From assembly GCA_047456305.1 (NCBI GenBank), contig CP179888.1:445307-509306 (forward strand): DNA of 64,000 nt, read 5' to 3'. The notes under the pieces are model-generated. The model had not been told where the DNA came from. It did no database searches and worked only from the letters and a program-made list of their open reading frames with translations. How positions within the stretch are numbered: position 1 is the stretch's first letter; every line of letters begins with the position of its first letter. Of this stretch, positions 61,705 through 64,000 are shown piece by piece. Source of the DNA: Candidatus Nealsonbacteria bacterium. GTDB lineage: Bacteria > Patescibacteriota > Minisyncoccia > Minisyncoccales > CAZKCU01. Position numbers and translations under genes: made by a program.

Positions 61705-62832
61705 ATGATTCTTACAATTTTTATCGCTTTTATCAGCTTAATAAGTTTAATAATTTTACATGAGTTTGGCCATTTTATTGTAGCTAGGCGCTTTGGAGTG
61801 AAAGTTGAGGAATTTGGAATTGGCTATCCCCCTAGATTGTTTGGGAAAAGAATTGGCGAGACGATTTATTCTTTAAATCTTTTACCTTTTGGAGCATTTG
61901 TTAAAATTTACGGAGAGGAAAAGAAAATTGAGCACGAGCGAAGTTTTTCTCAAAAACCAATCTGGCAGAGAGCCTTCATTGTTTTAGGTGGAGTAGTATC
62001 TTTTTGGATAATTTCAGCAATTTTGTTGAGCATCGTGATGAGTTTGGGAAGCCCGACCGCTATTTCTGATGAAGAAAATGGTGAATTGATAGACCCGAGA
62101 GTTCAGATTGCCGCTGTCGCTCCAGGCTCGCCGGCCCAAGTCGCAGGAATAAAAGTGGGGGACACAATCGCTTTACTCAAATTAAAAATTAAAAATGACC
62201 CCGAAAAGAAATCAGAGACTTCTAACGGGGCAAGCAGCCAGCGATTAATAATTAATAAGGTAAAAGAAGTTCAAGAATTTACAAATTTACATAAAGGAGA
62301 AGAGATAACTTTAACGATTGAAAGGGGGAAAGAAGTTTTTGAGGTTTCTTTAGTTCCGAGAGTTTCACCGCCAGCCAGAGAGGGGGCAATGGGAGTAGCT
62401 TTAGTCAGGACAGCGATTAAAAGTTATCCCTGGTACAAAGCTATATTTCAGGGAATTTTGGCTACTGGGAATTTAACAATAGCAGTAATTCAGGGTTGGG
62501 CTCAGGCCTTAGGCAATCTAATAAAAGGATTACCAACCGGAGTTCAATTAATGGGACCGGTAGGAATTTTTTCTTTATTTGCCCAAGTTAGTCAGTTGGG
62601 AGTAATTTATTTTTTACAATTTATTGCCATTATTTCTATTTATATTGCTTTGTTCAACATCTTACCAATTCCAGCTTTAGATGGAGGAAAACTTTTATTT
62701 TTAGGAATTGAAGCAGTAAGAAGAAAACCAGTTTCTCAAAAAATTGAACAAAATATAACTTTTGCTTTCTTTATGATATTGATTGTTCTAATGGTTTTGG
62801 TAACAATAAAAGATATTGCCAGGCTATTTTGA
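61705..62832 (+). CDS. rseP: RseP-like M50 zinc metalloprotease with PDZ domain
   Basis: HEFGHF in TM1; PDZ-like GSPA..AGIKVGD; NLLPIPALDGG. Confidence 0.85.
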   Translation: MILTIFIAFISLISLIILHEFGHFIVARRFGVKVEEFGIGYPPRLFGKRIGETIYSLNLLPFGAFVKIYGEEKKIEHERSFSQKPIWQRAFIVLGGVVSFWIISAILLSIVMSLGSPTAISDEENGELIDPRVQIAAVAPGSPAQVAGIKVGDTIALLKLKIKNDPEKKSETSNGASSQRLIINKVKEVQEFTNLHKGEEITLTIERGKEVFEVSLVPRVSPPAREGAMGVALVRTAIKSYPWYKAIFQGILATGNLTIAVIQGWAQALGNLIKGLPTGVQLMGPVGIFSLFAQVSQLGVIYFLQFIAIISIYIALFNILPIPALDGGKLLFLGIEAVRRKPVSQKIEQNITFAFFMILIVLMVLVTIKDIARLF

Positions 62833-62876
62833 GCGAAGCGAAAACAAGGTTATAACAAATAGGCTCTTATTTTAAC

Positions 62877-64000
62877 ATGAGACAATCTCAACTTTTCACA
62901 AAAACAATTAGAGAAACACCGAGAGATGAAAAAAGTATAAATTCTCGTCTTTTAATTAAAGCTGGCTTTATTGATAAATTAACAGCCGGAGTTTATTCTT
63001 ATTTACCTTTAGGATTTAAAGTGCTCAAAAAAATTGAAAATATTATTCGAGAAGAAATGAATAAAATTTTAGGCCAAGAGGTTTTTTTACCAGCTCTTCA
63101 TCCTAAAAAAAACTGGGAGATAACAGACCGCTGGCATTATAAAGAAATGTTTAAAGTAAAAAGTCGGGGAGGAAAAGATTTTAGTTTGGGTTGGACCCAC
63201 GAAGAAATTATTACTCCTTTGGTCAAAAAATTTGTTCAATCATATAAAAACTTACCAGTTTTTGTTTATCAAATTCAAGATAAATTTAGGGACGAACTCC
63301 GAGTCAAATCTGGATTATTAAGGGGAGTAGAGTTTATTATGAAGGACCTTTACTCTTTCCATCGAGATGAAAAAGATTTGGATAAATATTATGAGAAAGT
63401 GAAAAAGGCTTATCTCCGAATTTTCGAGAGATGCGGTTTGGGGAAGCAAACTTTTTTAACCCTGGCTTCTGGAGGGACTTTTAGCAAATATTCTCATGAA
63501 TTTCAAACAATAACTCCTGTCGGTGAAGATGAAATATATCTTTGTCAAAAATGTAAATTAGCTGTCAATAAAGAGATTATTAAAGAAGAGAAATATAAAT
63601 GTCCAAAATGTAAAAGTAAAAAATTAGAAATTAAAAAAGCCATTGAAGTAGGAAACATTTTTAAATTAAAAGACAAATTTAGCAAACCATTTAATTTTAA
63701 ATTTAAAGATAAAGATGGAAAAGAAAAAATGGTCTTAATGGGTTGTTATGGTATAGGGCTTGGCAGACTTATGGGGGCTGTAGTTGAGGTTCATTATGAT
63801 AAAGATGGAATTATTTGGCCAAAAGAAGTAGCTCCTTTTGATTGTCATTTGTTAGCTCTATCTGGTAGTAAAAAAAAGTTTGAAAGAAAAATTGGAAAAG
63901 TTAGTGAAAAATTATACCAAGATTTACAAGGAGCTGACCTCAAAGTATTATATGATGATAGGAAAGACAAAACAGCTGGTGAAAAATTTGCCGAAGCCGA
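62877..64000 (+). CDS. proS: prolyl-tRNA synthetase (5' part; runs off the window)
   Basis: hand-translated MRQSQLFTKTIRETPRDEKSINSRLLIKAGFIDKLTAGVYSYLPLG...; no stop before 64000, so it is absent from the ORF track. Confidence 0.85.
   Translation, partial: MRQSQLFTKTIRETPRDEKSINSRLLIKAGFIDKLTAGVYSYLPLGFKVLKKIENIIREEMNKILGQEVFLPALHPKKNWEITDRWHYKEMFKVKSRGGKDFSLGWTHEEIITPLVKKFVQSYKNLPVFVYQIQDKFRDELRVKSGLLRGVEFIMKDLYSFHRDEKDLDKYYEKVKKAYLRIFERCGLGKQTFLTLASGGTFSKYSHEFQTITPVGEDEIYLCQKCKLAVNKEIIKEEKYKCPKCKSKKLEIKKAIEVGNIFKLKDKFSKPFNFKFKDKDGKEKMVLMGCYGIGLGRLMGAVVEVHYDKDGIIWPKEVAPFDCHLLALSGSKKKFERKIGKVSEKLYQDLQGADLKVLYDDRKDKTAGEKFAEA

Overview
AT-rich window with almost every gene on the + strand. 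It looks like a reduced CPR/Patescibacteria-type bacterial genome: str, S10, spc and alpha ribosomal-protein operons, no L30 gene between rpsE and rplO, and a truncated rpoA and alaS. Layout: (i) 48-7761, a metal/redox cluster (NifX-like proteins, a CDF transporter fused to a NifX-like domain, two MinD/ParA-type 4Fe-4S ATPases, a thioredoxin-FTR fusion, a ZnuBC-like ABC transporter, DUF134, UDG family 4). (ii) 8356-20570, a ~12.2 kb integrative plasmid-like element that splits a ComEC-like metallo-beta-lactamase gene. It carries a large serine recombinase at the right junction, a tyrosine recombinase, a candidate Rep gene followed by five iterons, a PC4-like ssDNA-binding protein, two small HTH regulators, a ~1.3 kb ORF-free and visibly structured region, and many small orphan ORFs. 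No capsid or conjugation genes were recognised. (iii) 21.5-64 kb, core genes: rpmB, tRNA-Pro(GGG), rpsL-rpsG-fusA-tuf, rpsJ through rplO, secY-adk-map, then an ~8 kb block (GT2, GalT-like, tpiA, YkuK-like, alaS, FtsA-like) before infA-rpmJ-rpsM-rpsK-rpsD-rpoA-rplQ-rplM-rpsI, then a Cas4-like nuclease, mpg, murA, mreB, holB, frr, rseP and proS (partial). The most unusual signal outside the element is several families of GC-rich structured repeats in this AT-rich operon DNA. Family A (~130-190 nt, 5 copies) keeps a three-helix architecture through compensatory changes. Family B (~170-190 nt, 2 copies) ends exactly at start codons. A small hairpin-plus-box element occurs more than 12 times, supplies stop codons, and is inserted in frame in rpsH, alaS and probably fusA and an ftsA-like gene. 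All function calls rest on motif recognition by eye; no database search or folding program was run.
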